DNA of 63,936 nucleotides, filler included, from Olpidium bornovanus S191 (Eukaryota; Fungi; Olpidiomycota): NCBI GenBank assembly GCA_017911155.1. It is 27 parts of 27 records of this genome, joined end to end, with 100 filler letters (N's around TTAATTAATTAA, not from the genome) between each part and the next. Parts side by side here need not be neighbours in the genome. Positions count along the whole stretch, not along the records: positions 23,028 to 24,870 come from JAEFCI010002966.1; positions 24,971 to 26,449 come from JAEFCI010003513.1; positions 26,550 to 27,799 come from JAEFCI010003066.1; positions 27,900 to 29,697 come from JAEFCI010009754.1; positions 29,798 to 33,612 come from JAEFCI010010583.1; positions 33,713 to 34,978 come from JAEFCI010000158.1; 21 more parts are not named here. One strand, 5' to 3'. Shown piece by piece: positions 23,028 to 35,078 of this stretch (position 1 is its first letter; each line of letters starts with the position of its first letter). The notes under the pieces were generated by a model. It saw only the letters and a program-made list of their open reading frames with translations, ran no database searches and was not told where the DNA came from. The position numbers and the translations under genes were made by a program.

Positions 23028-23560
23028 ACCGTTACCTCTGTTGGACTGACGAACTGCAAGGGACGAAGCGGTGTGCCGTCGTCACTTCGTCGAAAAGCCC
23101 TTGGATATTTTCTTCTTGACGGTTTTCTTTGGAAACGGTCGACTCATGGCGGAGATCCGCGCTGTGTGGTCTGTTCTCCTGAGGGCCAGGCTAACATTCT
23201 CACGGGACTACACGATTCTGAGGCCGCCGGTCATCGAGAAATATAGAACACGTATATTCGCGTCTGAGATCATTATGTTTGGGAACGTCATGTTTGAAAC
23301 AGTAAAGAGATACGTTCAATCCTGTCCGCGTTGTCAAATATTTGCTGAGGGTCGCGACAGAGATAGTCTCGCGTTAATGATTCCTTCGCGGTTACATCAT
23401 CGCTGGTATGTTGACATTGTCGCCATGCCTAAATCAAGTGAAGGATTCGTCTGTTTTGTCGAGGCTCGCGAAAAATTTAGCAATCTTCCAGAAGCCCGTG
23501 CTTTACGCTCAAAACGATCAGAACCTGTTGGGTGCTTTATTCTTGAAAAAACCATCCCGG
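23028..23560 (+). pseudogene. Ty3/gypsy integrase relic (H2C2 zinc finger and start of the catalytic core)
   Basis: One frame reads LRRKALGYFLLDGFLWKR...ILTGLHD...GHREI*...V*DHYVW. After a +1 shift it reads MFETVKRYVQSCPRCQ...RWYVDIVAMP...VEAREKFSNLPEARAL. Confidence 0.88.
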
Positions 23561-24216
23561 AGGAGGACGAGGATGGAGGAGGGAGGAAGGGTGCTCTGAT
23601 AAACAGTTTCTGGCGCCGCACACGTGAGGCGTGTGCGCGGGGGTGAGCGGGTTTATTCGTTGTCAACGTGGTTTAGCGTGTGCGCGTGCCCACACCCACA
23701 CCCACCCCCAAACGCACCAAAAAAAAAAAATAGTAATAAAAACGGACGACCCCAACGTAAAAACGAAAAAAAAAAACTATGCTCTTCCGTCTCCCCGCCG
23801 TCAAATTCGGCAGCAGCTCCCCGCGGGGCTTCGGGTAACCGCGCAAACCGGAGAGAGGCTCTTAAACCACTCGCACGCGCGGAATTTTTGAATTGCGGGA
23901 ACTGCGTTCGATGTGTACATGGGATTTGGCCGGCAGTTTTGGCCCGATAGATGCAAATGAAAGAATGATGGATATATGTGTGTATGCGTGTATATGTACA
24001 TGTATGTACGAAAGAAAATACAAAAAACCAAGAAGAAAAAGAAAAAACCAAAAAGAAAAAAGAAAAACAGAAAAAGAAAAAACAAAGGGAATAAGACAGA
24101 AATGCTTGTCCGGCACAACCCCCGGGGAAAGGGGGAGGGCGGGAGAGAGGGGGGAAGGGGCGGGCGGGAGAGAGGGGGGGGGGGGGGGGAGGGGGGAGGG
24201 TCGCCGCCGCGGCAGC

Positions 24217-24870
24217 TCAAGCCGACCTCCCGGCGGGAGATGCCGCGGGCAGGTCGCCAGCGACCGCCCGTTGCACCTTCTGCGCGGCGAGACCGACGGT
24301 CTCGGCGTCCGCGAGGCACGCGGCGAGGACGAACGTACCCGTCCAGCAGGCCACGTACGCCCCCGTCCGCGCCGAGCCACCGGCAGCGCGGTCCGCGGCT
24401 GCCAGCGCTGCCGACAGCACCGGTCGGCAGACCGCCGACCACACCGCGGACCGCAGCCGCCGGCTGCCGCCGCCCGAGCGCGGCGGCATCGCGGACGCCT
24501 CCGCCGGTTCGCCGCGCCCCGCCGGGAGGACGAGGTCCTCCAACACGGGCTCCGCGGCGGCGACCGCTCTCCGGAATTGCCCGCGGCACGCATTGTGGAG
24601 CCGGCCGCGCAGGGAGCCGCGGCCGGCCCCCGTCGCGGGCTCCCGGTCGACGGGCAAGGATGGGCGGCGCGCCGCCGGATAGTTGGTGGCCGCTTCCCGG
24701 GGCAAGGTCGAGCGGTCCACGTCGGAATCGACAGCAGAGGAGGCGTTCTGCATGAGGCCGTCCAGCAGGACGCACACCCGCTTGAAGGCGTCTTCCTCCA
24801 ATTCTTCCTCCAACTTGCCCGCGAATGCAATAGGAGAGGGCTGGTCCGAATTCGAACGATGTCCCGCCTC
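24217..24870 (-). CDS. Hypothetical protein, C-terminal part with hydrophobic segments
   Basis: Open GC3-rich frame from the contig end (KLEEELEEDAFKRVCVLLDGL...YVACWTGTFVLAACL). No family recognised. Confidence 0.35.
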   Translation of the reverse strand, partial: EAGHRSNSDQPSPIAFAGKLEEELEEDAFKRVCVLLDGLMQNASSAVDSDVDRSTLPREAATNYPAARRPSLPVDREPATGAGRGSLRGRLHNACRGQFRRAVAAAEPVLEDLVLPAGRGEPAEASAMPPRSGGGSRRLRSAVWSAVCRPVLSAALAAADRAAGGSARTGAYVACWTGTFVLAACLADAETVGLAAQKVQRAVAGDLPAASPAGRSA

Positions 24871-24970
24871 NNNNNNNNNNNNNNNNNNNNNNNNNNNNNN
24901 NNNNNNNNNNNNNNTTAATTAATTAANNNNNNNNNNNNNNNNNNNNNNNNNNNNNNNNNNNNNNNNNNNN

Positions 24971-25115
24971 CATGAAGTACCTCAACCCGACCGCGACGGC
25001 GGCACCGACAAAACTCATCATCGATAATACCGGAGCGGCTGAATTGGCAGCCGACACCAAGGCCAACCCGCAGGCGCAAACATACTGGCATTTAATATCA
25101 CCCCCTCCGCTGGTG
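24971..25115 (+). pseudogene. Copia RNase H relic
   Basis: PTKLIIDNTGAAELAADTK, then a frameshift, then RRKHTGI*YH; homologous to IDNNGAAELAGDAK..RSKHIDIKYH at 26875-26955. Confidence 0.8.
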
Positions 25116-25467
25116 CGCGGCTGACGGCGTTATTGCGAATGAGCGCATTTCCTTGGCCGAGAATCCGGCTTTTGTGTGCGACGCATCTAGTACGCACGGC
25201 GCTGCGAGTGCGCAAACGAGAAACCGGCTGAGTCCGAGACGGTCAAAGGAAAAGGGTGCCGCGGGACGCAGATTCAGCGTAATTATGGGGCGTTATAGTG
25301 TTCACGGTGAGGCGGGGTGTTGAAATACGCAGCCTGAAAACAAAGCGGGATTCAGGGGGAGGACAGCCCCCTCCCCTCCCGTGTTCCGGCACTGGCCTCC
25401 TGCTCCCAAGACAACAACACACGGCCAAACACAGGTTTGCCGGCTGCCGCCCCCGCCACTGCGGACA

Positions 25468-26449
25468 ATGCTCGTGCTGCCGGGCTCGTCCGCGCTGTCC
25501 GACTTCAAGCGACGCGCCTTCCTGGAGAGGTTCGCGAACGGCGAAGCTGCCGCCGGCCCGGTTGCCCACCAGCTTGCCGACCTGCGCGCGTACTACGTCC
25601 ATTTTGTCCTGCCGCAGCATGCGCCTGTCGGCAGCGCCGCCGCCTCACCGCTGCGGGACTCGGCCTCACCGGAGTACGCGGTCCTTGCCGAACTGCTGCG
25701 TTACGGTGCAGAGCAGGCTTCCGCAGATGACGCGCGCAGATTGGCGTGGGTGAAGGCGGACGGTGGCGCCAAGCAGGAGGAGCGCGATGATGCGTTTTTC
25801 GTGCTGCCCAGGCCGGGGACGATCAGCCCCTGGTCGTCCAAGGCCACCGACATCGCCAGGATGTGTGGCCTCGGGGACCACATTGAGCGCGTAGAACGAG
25901 GGACGGTCTATTTTATCGACTTCGTGGACAATGTCAAGGTGGCGTGGCGCATTGCATTTAGACGTCGTTTGCTCTTGGCGCCGCCGCCTCGGCCCCTGCT
26001 GCACTTCGGTCAATTGTCTAAGCGGGGCCGCGCTCTATCATAGGAAAACCGCGACAAGCTCCTGCAGCTGGTCGCAGACTCTGTACACGACCGTATGACT
26101 CAGATTGTCACGCGGGTTCTACCGGCCGAACGCGCCATTTTCAGACAGGGGCAGCCGGGTCCTCTCCGCATCATACCTCTGGGGTCGGCTGCGTCGTCTG
26201 ACAAGGCGAAGGAGGTCCTTCTAAAGGCAGACGGGGATTTTGGATTGGCGCTTGCGGAAGATGAGGTCAATTACCTTCTCAACGCTTTCGTCGGTGGTCA
26301 GGTTCGTCTGTTCTTTCATTATCTGTCATCAAAATCCGCGTGCAGTGCCTGAACAGGAAGCCGGAAATATTGAGTTATTTTGATACTCTCTTCCTCGTGT
26401 ATTTTTGCTGATCTCACCCGTTTGTTAGTCGGCCGACAGTGAAAGCATG
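25468..26449 (+). CDS. ADE6: Phosphoribosylformylglycinamidine synthase (PurL/PFAS), N-terminal part
   Basis: MLVLPGSSALSDF, LRAYYVHFV, VLPRPGTISPWSSKATDIA, ERVERG, SVHDRMTQ, FGLALAEDEVNYL. Intron about 25939-26043. Confidence 0.96.
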
Positions 26450-26549
26450 NNNNNNNNNNNNNNNNNNNNNNNNNNNNNNNNNNNNNNNNNNNNTTAATTA
26501 ATTAANNNNNNNNNNNNNNNNNNNNNNNNNNNNNNNNNNNNNNNNNNNN

Positions 26550-27391
26550 GATCAAGCGAGTCCTACGATACTTACAAGGAACGGTGGATTACGGAATCTA
26601 CTTCGCCGAAGGCTTGGCAGATGCCGAAATGACCGCATTCTGCGACGCGGACTGGGCGGATTGTCGCACAACGAGGGCATCGACGAGCGGCCTGCTCGTC
26701 ATGTACCAGGAGGGCCCCATATCCTGGAGATCAAAGTGCCAGACGTGCGACGCCACGTCCTCGTGCGACGCGGAGTTTGTCGCAGGGTCGGCTGCTGCTC
26801 AAGAGATAAAATAGCTGCGATCGATCCTGTTTACATTGGACCCGTAGTCAGTAAAAGCTCAAACAACGCTCCGGATCGATAACAATGGCGCTGCCGAATT
26901 GGCTGGTGACGCCAAGACCTCCAGGCGGTCAAAGCACATTGACATAAAGTATCACCATCTGAGGTGGAGCGTCGCCAAAGGCACGATCAAGATTGAAAGG
27001 GTGTCATCAGCTGAAAACCCAGCTGATATCTTCACTAAGCCGCTGGACCGATTAAAGTTCGAGAAATTCCGCGGTCACATCGGTATGCGCGAGCGAACCG
27101 TCCAAGCGTGAAACCGCCGGGGCCGCCAAGCCCGGAAGCCTCGGAAAGGTACTCCCCACGAATGTGGAACGACCATGGGCACGGTGCGCTTAGTGAGGAG
27201 GGGTGTAGAGAATAAAGGGGCAAAATAAAGGGGGAAGCTTAGACACTGTGCGCACCAGCCGGCGTTGGCCCTTTGTAGAATCCCCACCTCCCGTGGTATA
27301 AAATAGAGCTAGAGCAAACTAGTAAACAAACGCCCAGAACACAAAATAAAGTTCTCCTTTCTTCGTCTTCGTCTTCGGCCCGGCTCCAACA
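26550..27391 (+). mobile_element. Ty1/copia element, 3' end: RT/RNase H with stops, PPT 27195-27203, 3' LTR 27204-27391
   Basis: IKRVLRYLQGT, FCDADWA, ISWRSKCQ, SSCDAEF, RSKHIDIKYH, ENPADIFTKPL. GAGGAGGGG is followed by a TG...CA 188-bp LTR containing TATAAAA and AATAAA. Confidence 0.95.
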
Positions 27392-27735
27392 GGTCAGTGG
27401 GGGCAAGGGGTGGGGGGGGGGGACCATGATCTCAGAGGTAGATGTACACCGAATGGGGTTACGGGGTCGAATATCTGGTGGGGCCTGCGTTCTTTCGACA
27501 TTCCGAGCCACGAATCTCTCTCTCTTTCTCCGTTCCATCGCCGTCCGCGAGGAACACGTTTTTTTATTTTATTTTATTTTTTTTTTTTCACCGTCCGGTC
27601 CCGTGGGGGAAAAGAAAAAGGACTCCTCGTCGCGCCGCCACAGGAATTCTTCCTCTTGCAGCAGCACCGCTCCTCTTCTCCCGTCCCGGGGCTTTGCGCA
27701 TTCTCCGCCCGGTCGTTTTCCTCTTTATTCTCCGG

Positions 27736-27775
<40 letters not shown>

Positions 27776-28048
27776 CCCCCCCGCCGCCGCCGCCGCCCCN
27801 NNNNNNNNNNNNNNNNNNNNNNNNNNNNNNNNNNNNNNNNNNNTTAATTAATTAANNNNNNNNNNNNNNNNNNNNNNNNNNNNNNNNNNNNNNNNNNNNA
27901 GGTTTTTTTTTTTTTTTTTGGGGGCGGGGAACTTGGGGGGGAATTCCCCCCCCACCCCCCCCCCCCCCACCCCCCTTCCCCACGCTTCCCCTCGCGCGGG
28001 GTTTTCGTTGATTTCGGGCCGTTTTCGGAGCGAAAGCTTTTGACACTG

Positions 28049-29697
28049 CGTCACCCGCGCCGCAAGACTTCATTCGCGCAAGCGTTGACGCACCTGCTGA
28101 GCGTTTTTCGGTCCAGCGGCCGAGAAGCCGTGCCGGTCGTTTTCGTTCTGGACGAGTTCGACCTGTTTGCCGAGCAGCCGCGCCAGAGTCTGCTGTACAC
28201 TTTGTTTGACATCTGCCAGGGAGAGAAAAGCCCCATCGCCGTCGTCGGCGTTACCTGCCGAATTGTGAGCTCCGGGTCCACACGGGAGGGGAGGGAGGAA
28301 GAGGGGGGGGTGGGGGGGTGGGGGAAGAGGACGGATAGAGGGTTGATCCGTCCTATTTTAGATTGGCGTTGTCGACGCTTTCTTTATTTCGGCGGTCGTG
28401 CTAAACCGATGTTTTGCCGACGGTTTTTTTTGTACCTTCTAAGGACGCGCTGGAACTCCTGGAAAAGCGCGTCAAGTCTCGGTTCTCCCACCGACAAATT
28501 CGCCTCTCACCCCCAGCCAGCTTCGAAGATTACAAGACCGTCGCGGTGAACGCGATGACGCTCCGTCCGCAAAACGAAGACGACGTCGAGTACTTTACCG
28601 AATTCAACAAGCGCGTTTCCGTGCGTTTTTGCCGTTACGTTTCTCCCGCGGCCCGGTCCCGGGCGGGGGGCATTTCGGCCGCCCTTGAAAAAGCTTAACC
28701 GGCAACGGCCCGGTTTTCACAGGAAGCGTTTGAGCACCATCGTCTCCAAGGAGTGGCCAGGCGCTTGTACAACCGGGACAAAAGCGTACGGGCCCTGTTC
28801 AAGACATTAGTACGTCCCCTCATGCCGTGGCGGGCGTCAGATTTAGCGCAGTCCCCCCCCCCACCCCCCCGAAAATCGGTGGCGTCGCCGGCTTTTTGAC
28901 GGGCCGGTTGTTTTTTTTTTGTACCAGATCGACCCCGTGTGCGCGCTCACTCCGGACAAGCCGTTCCTCGATGTCGAGGGCGTCTGCGCCTCCGACGCCA
29001 GGCAAAGGGCCGACTCGAAAACGGAACTGTTGCTTGGTGAGTGCGGAGGAATCCCCGACCGCGCGCACGCGGGCATGATTTGGGTCGGGCGAATACCCCG
29101 TGCCGCTGGTTTTTCGTCACGTGGGGGGAATCCGCCACAGCACGCGCGGACGCAGTTTTGGTCGGGGCGAATACCGCGGGCCGTTGGTTTCCGCCGGATC
29201 GCGCCCCCGGTTTTTCGCCGGGTGGCGTGCGCGCGGCGCGGATCCTTACCAATGACCTCGACTTGGCCCCGCCGGTCTCTCTCGCCTTCGCAGGCGTGTC
29301 CATTCTGGAACTGCAGCTGATAATTGCCATGAAGCGCCACTACGAGCTCGAAGTGATGACCTTTAATTTCGAGATGATTTATGACGAGTACAAAGACTTC
29401 ATGGACCGCGCACAGGCGTCGGGAAGCGTCGGGCTCAAAAGAGCCACGAAGCCGGTGGCGATGAAGGTTTGCGGCAAATTTTGATTTTCGGCTTTCTTTC
29501 TTTTTTTTTTTGTATTTTGGTTTTGCGCTTCCGGGCCGGCATTTTCCGGGATTCCTAAAATCGCCCCCCTCCTTCCCCTTCCCCCCCCCCGTTCTGTAAT
29601 CCTGGTCGCGCGCAACCAGGCGTTCGAGCACCTCCAGTCGTTTGAGCTCGTTTGCCCCGTGGAGAGCGCTTCGCGCTGTCCCAAGGAGTACCGCATG
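28049..29697 (+). CDS. ORC4: Origin recognition complex subunit 4; partial at both ends
   Basis: VVFVLDEFDLFAEQPRQSLLYTLFD, LEKRVKSRFSHRQI, SILELQLIIAMK, FNFEMIYDEY, KEYRM across GT-AG introns. Confidence 0.96.
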
Positions 29698-29797
29698 NNN
29701 NNNNNNNNNNNNNNNNNNNNNNNNNNNNNNNNNNNNNNNNNTTAATTAATTAANNNNNNNNNNNNNNNNNNNNNNNNNNNNNNNNNNNNNNNNNNNN

Positions 29798-32025
29798 AGA
29801 TCGTCAAAATGGTCTTGTACGTGCCCGCGTTCGGCAAAACGTGCGCTCCTAGCATCTCCTCAAAAACATTGACTGCACCGTGCAAATCACGCATATCGCC
29901 GAACGCCGTCATCATGAGGTTATAGCTTTGGGTATCCGGCGGTAGCACCTGCGCCACCGATCGGAAGAGCCGAATGGCTTCCTCGGGCCGGCGGGCAGTG
30001 ATGAACGCGGCCATGAGGGCGCCGACGGAGGCCATATTCGGCTGTAAGCCGTCTGCGGCAATCGACTCAAACACCTTCACGGCTCCTTCCAGGTTGTGCG
30101 TGCGGCCAAGGAAGAAGATGAGCTTAGTGCGTACAATCACGTCCTGGCCTGACGCCACCGGATCCAACGGCCTGGAGCCGGCCCTGATGGCGCGGTGCAT
30201 CTCCGCCAGGGAGTTGGCGTCTCCCATGAACGCATAGTGCGAGGCCATTATGACGCATGAGTGCGACGTCGGTTTGCCACCGCGCATTTCCGCTAGCAGT
30301 TTGAAAGACGCTTCCAACGCCGCAGTAACCTCTGTGTTCCTTCGGCAGGCGCCCAGGATTCCCGACAGCGCGATATCATCCGGTACCACGCCGCTGCGAA
30401 TCATTTCGTCAAACAGGAAATTCGATAATTCTGCTCTGTTTTCTCTCAGTGCCGCGTGGATCAGCATGGACCAGGCGACGACTCCCGGGTGGAGGCCCTC
30501 GTCGTTCATGCGCAGCATGGCTTTGTACCCGGCGTTCACCCGTCCTGCGCGGCAATACGCTAAGACAAGATTATCTTGGGGACGGTTTCGACCAATACGA
30601 TCCCTTTCAAGAAGCCCGTTTTTTCGCATCTCGTTCAGCAAATTGGTCGCCGAAACAATGTCTCCAACTTGGGCGTGGCCGGCGAGAACGGTCGTGTACG
30701 TTCTGGCATCCGGCTCAAGATCGCACTGTTGCATCTGACGGAACAGCATAGTAACGCCTTCACAATCACCAAGCAGTGCGTGCTCGTGCATGAGAGTGTC
30801 GAACAGAGCTCGTTTCGGCTTGATGCCTCTCCTTCGGAGCTTAACGAACAACTCGTGGCACCAGGGAAGGTATTCAGATCGTCGTACCGCTCTTAGCTCT
30901 TTCGGTTCAATTAGCTTCATGATGAGAAACTCGCAGACACCGCTCGGCACATTCGCTAGCTCCAAAACCATATTTGCGATGCATCGAAGATGGTGTGGCG
31001 GTCCGTTGTAATCAATGGTCGTCATTATCCTCAACAACTCATCGCGCTGTTTCGGATCCGGGGAACTCCGTTCTCCGGCGATAAAAAAGTCCAGCACATA
31101 CTCGTACATCTCGCGGTCCAGGCAGTACGCAAGGTACGCACAGCAGCTATCGGCTTCGTCTGCTGTGCTCTCTGGCGGAAAGCTCTCCAGCACCAGTCGA
31201 AAGCCTTGAAGGTCGTCCTCAGACCGGCACTGATCCATAACAACACTTTTCCTGAATGGCATGTTTGCGCCATAGCCAGCGTTCTGCAACGCCTTCACCA
31301 CATCACTCGTTCGCAACGAAGCACGGCTTCCGGCTTTTCCCGGAAAGCGCTCCCGAAACGCTGAGAGGGTCGCGGTACCTGAGAGCATGTGACCGTCAGA
31401 TGACAGATATTGGTATCTCGACTCCATACCGTCTCCGGATGCGGATGGAAACTGGTCTCCCTCTTGTAGCCAACGGGATAGTTTCAAGGCTGCGCCTTTC
31501 CGGCAACAAAATGCCAGCACAGCCGTTCCAACAAGAGACGTGTAAATGCCGAATAATTGCGCCTCAGATACCATCGTCAATCTTTGAGTCAGGCGTGCAC
31601 CATCGCCCCGCTCAACGTCCCCCACGCACGCCACAACAGTCTCCCGCAAACCGGCCATTAAGCCCGCGAGTTCGCGAGCTGTCTTTGTCGCTGGAAAGCG
31701 GCACAACGTTGCAGCCAAGACGTCGTTGACAAAAGCTTCCGTGTCCTGATCACCAAGGCAGCCGTCCGGAAGCACGTACGATTGCCTTATTGCGCCATCG
31801 ACAGGCTGATCGGGCAACGTCGCCAATCGTTTGTCAAAATGTTTTGAGTCTTGATTGGGGGGACGACCGGCCAAAAGAGGATCAATTCGACCCTTTGGGA
31901 AATCGAGTCGAGGAGTCGTAGCAGGTAGTGCACACGCAGGGCCGGTCTGAAACGCCGGTGCGTTTTCCGGGAAAACTTCAAACGTTTGCTGTGGACTTCG
32001 AGCTGGTCCCGTACGCGATACGCCT
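29798..32025 (-). CDS. Pentatricopeptide-repeat protein, probably mitochondrial; partial
   Basis: An exon of over 700 codons with successive ~35-aa PPR motifs (e.g. PDARTYTTVLAGHAQVGDIVSATNLLNEM, PGVVAWSMLIHA, PDTQSYNLMMTAFGDMRDLHGAVNVFEEM). Confidence 0.95.
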
Positions 32026-34145
32026 GTATCAAACCAAAAAAGCCGGGGAAATTAATGCAAATCCGGATGAAATGCAAAATCACGTCAAATGCTCCGCCGC
32101 CCGCACGTTCACGGGTATTCTTCAGCAATGTATCCGCCGATTTAAGGCACATACTCGATACGGTGAACGGTGATCTCCATTCTGAACATTCTGGTAACGT
32201 TGCTGGCGAAGACGATGTTCCACTTGCCGGCGTTGGAAGAGACTTAGGTGTTAAAAGCGACACCGGCACTGGGGTTGCGGACTTGTTTATTGGCGAGCTG
32301 GGCGGCGGCTGATCGAGTATACAATGATGAGGTGGTGCGGATGACTGGATGGCGTGCGCGGATTGGGCCGGCGACGTTGCCGGTTGAGACTGGCGGTGTG
32401 GTGTCGCGTGCAGCGATCGATGAACATTTTTTGGCAAACCTGCCCTAAATTCGGGCGGACTTTTGATAGCGAAAAAACACGCATGAGGCTCTCCAGGAGC
32501 TCTTAGTGTTCTCGACAAATGCCGTTTACCAGGCGAGCAGTCATGTGACGGAGACGGCGCCTCTTCTGTAGGAGACGCTTTCCGCGGCATATGGTCTTTC
32601 TCGTGCAGGACGCCCAGCACATTCGGCGCGTGCGGTAGCGGAGGCGAAGAGGTCGGAAACCGTCCTGGTCTCATGGATGGTGCGGGCTGCGGCATAACTG
32701 ATAATTCTTGTAAAAGTGGTTGGCACGGAGATGGAGGCGAAGGTCCAGTTTCGGAGGACCGCTGCCAACGGACACGAGCGTGAGGCAAGGGTTGTGCGTG
32801 ATAATTGGGACTACCTTGCCACGGCAGACGTATGGGACACGGATACGCGCAAATCGCAGGCTCTTCCCGTATCGGCGGTACCGGGACTCCCGCTGGGCTC
32901 ACCGTGCGCAGCGACGCCGGAAACGCATAAGCAACTGGCGGGGTGACAGCACCGGCCGGTAGCCGCGGAGGCCTTAGTAGAGCACCCTGCGCGACAGGCG
33001 CAGTTGGCGGCGGGCAGAGTCGCTTGTCAGTATTCCCAGGAACACTGACGCCGCTCCTGCGAACCGCGCGCATCCTGCGCGGCGGGTGCGGCACGGCGCG
33101 GAGGAAATCCCGGCGCTGCTGCCTTGCCAGAAGCGAGATGCTGGCACTTGGGCGTAACGGCTCGTGCGGCGACTCGTGCGACGGCCTCACTCGGTCGTCC
33201 CGTCCCTTCGCGACGGCGGCGTGCCGGCGAGGCGTGGAGCAGAGGCGGGATTTTGAGGCGGGCCAACGCCTCGTTCAAGTGTGCTGGCGACGAACGGAAC
33301 GGACCTCCGCCTGCGGGGTGGGCGGGGGGGGAGCGGTCGCCTCCCACGGCGCGAAGGCCAATTTTCCGTTTCCGTTTGCGGAGGACAAAGCCAAACTGTC
33401 ACGTGACCATCACGATTGCGCCTTCCGCGCTCGAACGGCTCCGTGGCAAACGAGATAACCCGGCGATGTGGAGCGACCTAATTGGCGCCACGGCGCCACG
33501 TAATATGCAATTACGGCATATGTTGTATTGTCGCTTTTTTCGTTTGAGTTTGGCCTTCGCTTTTCTCTGAATTGCGTGATCTGGGGCCGACTCTGCTCTG
33601 ACTGCCGCCATGNNNNNNNNNNNNNNNNNNNNNNNNNNNNNNNNNNNNNNNNNNNNTTAATTAATTAANNNNNNNNNNNNNNNNNNNNNNNNNNNNNNNN
33701 NNNNNNNNNNNNCATGAGAGGACGATCCGCCGAGGTAAGATATCCTGTTACGGGCTCTAGTGGACTCTCGCAATTTAAAGGCTCAATCATTTCGCAGCTC
33801 GACAACAGGAAAGGAAGTGAGCGATGCTATTTGATAGATGAGAATTCGGAATGCTTGCGCACTACCAAAAAGAACAAAAGAACAGTTCCTTGCAGGATAT
33901 ATCCGCGAAGTAAGAACAACCCGTGTAACTTAGAATCCTCCGGTTCCACGTGAGTGGAAGTCCGCATAGATCAAACGGAAGTAGACATTGTGAGAGCGTC
34001 GCAGGTGCAGTTTGGCGAGGCGGATCCTCGCAGGTACGCTTTAGGCAGAAATGAGTTGGCCGTGTGCTGTTTAACGTAAGTGCATTCCCTGGCAATTCCC
34101 GAGCGAAATGAGCCCTTATCGCACGTTGCGTCGCACGTGCAGGCA

Positions 34146-34250
34146 ACGATCCGGAACTCTCTTTTGTTGCCACGGAAACCCGTCGACGTCACACTTGCAG
34201 ACGACGACCCGGAAATTTTTTTTGTTGCCTCGGAAACCCGTCGACGTCAC
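34146..34250. promoter_or_regulatory. 58-bp tandem duplication, each copy carrying an RFX X-box-like site
   Basis: GTTGCCACGGAAAC (34166-34179) and GTTGCCTCGGAAAC (34224-34237), each followed by CCGTCGACGTCAC. Confidence 0.55.
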
Positions 34251-34740
34251 GGGAAAGATCGGCCAGGAGGGATCTTGATTGCGCGAACCTCTAAATGCGT
34301 TTAGCATTGTTACCTTCGAACCCGAAATTTCGAATTCAACACGCGTATGGGTGACAGACGCGTCGGAGGGAGGGGGACGGAAGAATTACAATTATCCCTC
34401 ACGACTCACCGGCACCTCTGCACCTCGGAATTTCTACCCTGGAGCTATAATTCTGCACGGCCGGGGGTTCGGAATATCAGCCCGGCCTTCGCTTGCTGGC
34501 GCGCCGACTCCTGCGGCTTCTCGCTGGTTCTCGGTGTCTCCGAAGCTCTGTCTCGGTGCGCCCAAGGCGGCGTCAAGGGGCGAGAGGGCGGTGCTCGGCC
34601 CTTCCTTGAACTACAACGCCCTTGATCTCAATGTGCGGCGCGATAGGGTGCCCGAGCTTTTGTAGTTTCGGCAAGTTCGGGGGGGGGGGCGGAAAGGGAA
34701 GCCGTTTCTGGCCGGGAGTAACTCGTAAAAAGTATCGACA

Positions 34741-34850
34741 GAAAGAGGGTTCCCAGGAATTTTGCGCCTCGGGGTCCTGCCATTTGACTTTGAATTCGTG
34801 ACCGCGAAGAGGATCAGAAGAATGGTCGGGATTGCGACCTATAATAGACG
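34741..34850 (-). CDS. Chromodomain fragment
   Basis: IIGRNPDHSSDPLRGHEFKVKWQDPEAQNSWEP matches the chromodomain VKW...N(T/S)WEP signature. Gene context unclear. Confidence 0.65.
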
Positions 34851-35078
34851 GCGAAGTGCTTTTTGCTGCCGCAGACAGTGAGGTACTTCTCGTGGCGACC
34901 TTCTGCTGAGCGAACGGTCTGGTGGCGCCAAAGCCCCTTCCAAAGCGCGTGCTTAGTGAGTCGGCAGTTTCATCCATGNNNNNNNNNNNNNNNNNNNNNN
35001 NNNNNNNNNNNNNNNNNNNNNNTTAATTAATTAANNNNNNNNNNNNNNNNNNNNNNNNNNNNNNNNNNNNNNNNNNNN

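Noticed and set aside
33713-34080. Chain of small plus-strand exons
   Set aside because: Splice signals are present, but the joined peptide matches nothing I recognise, so no product is called.
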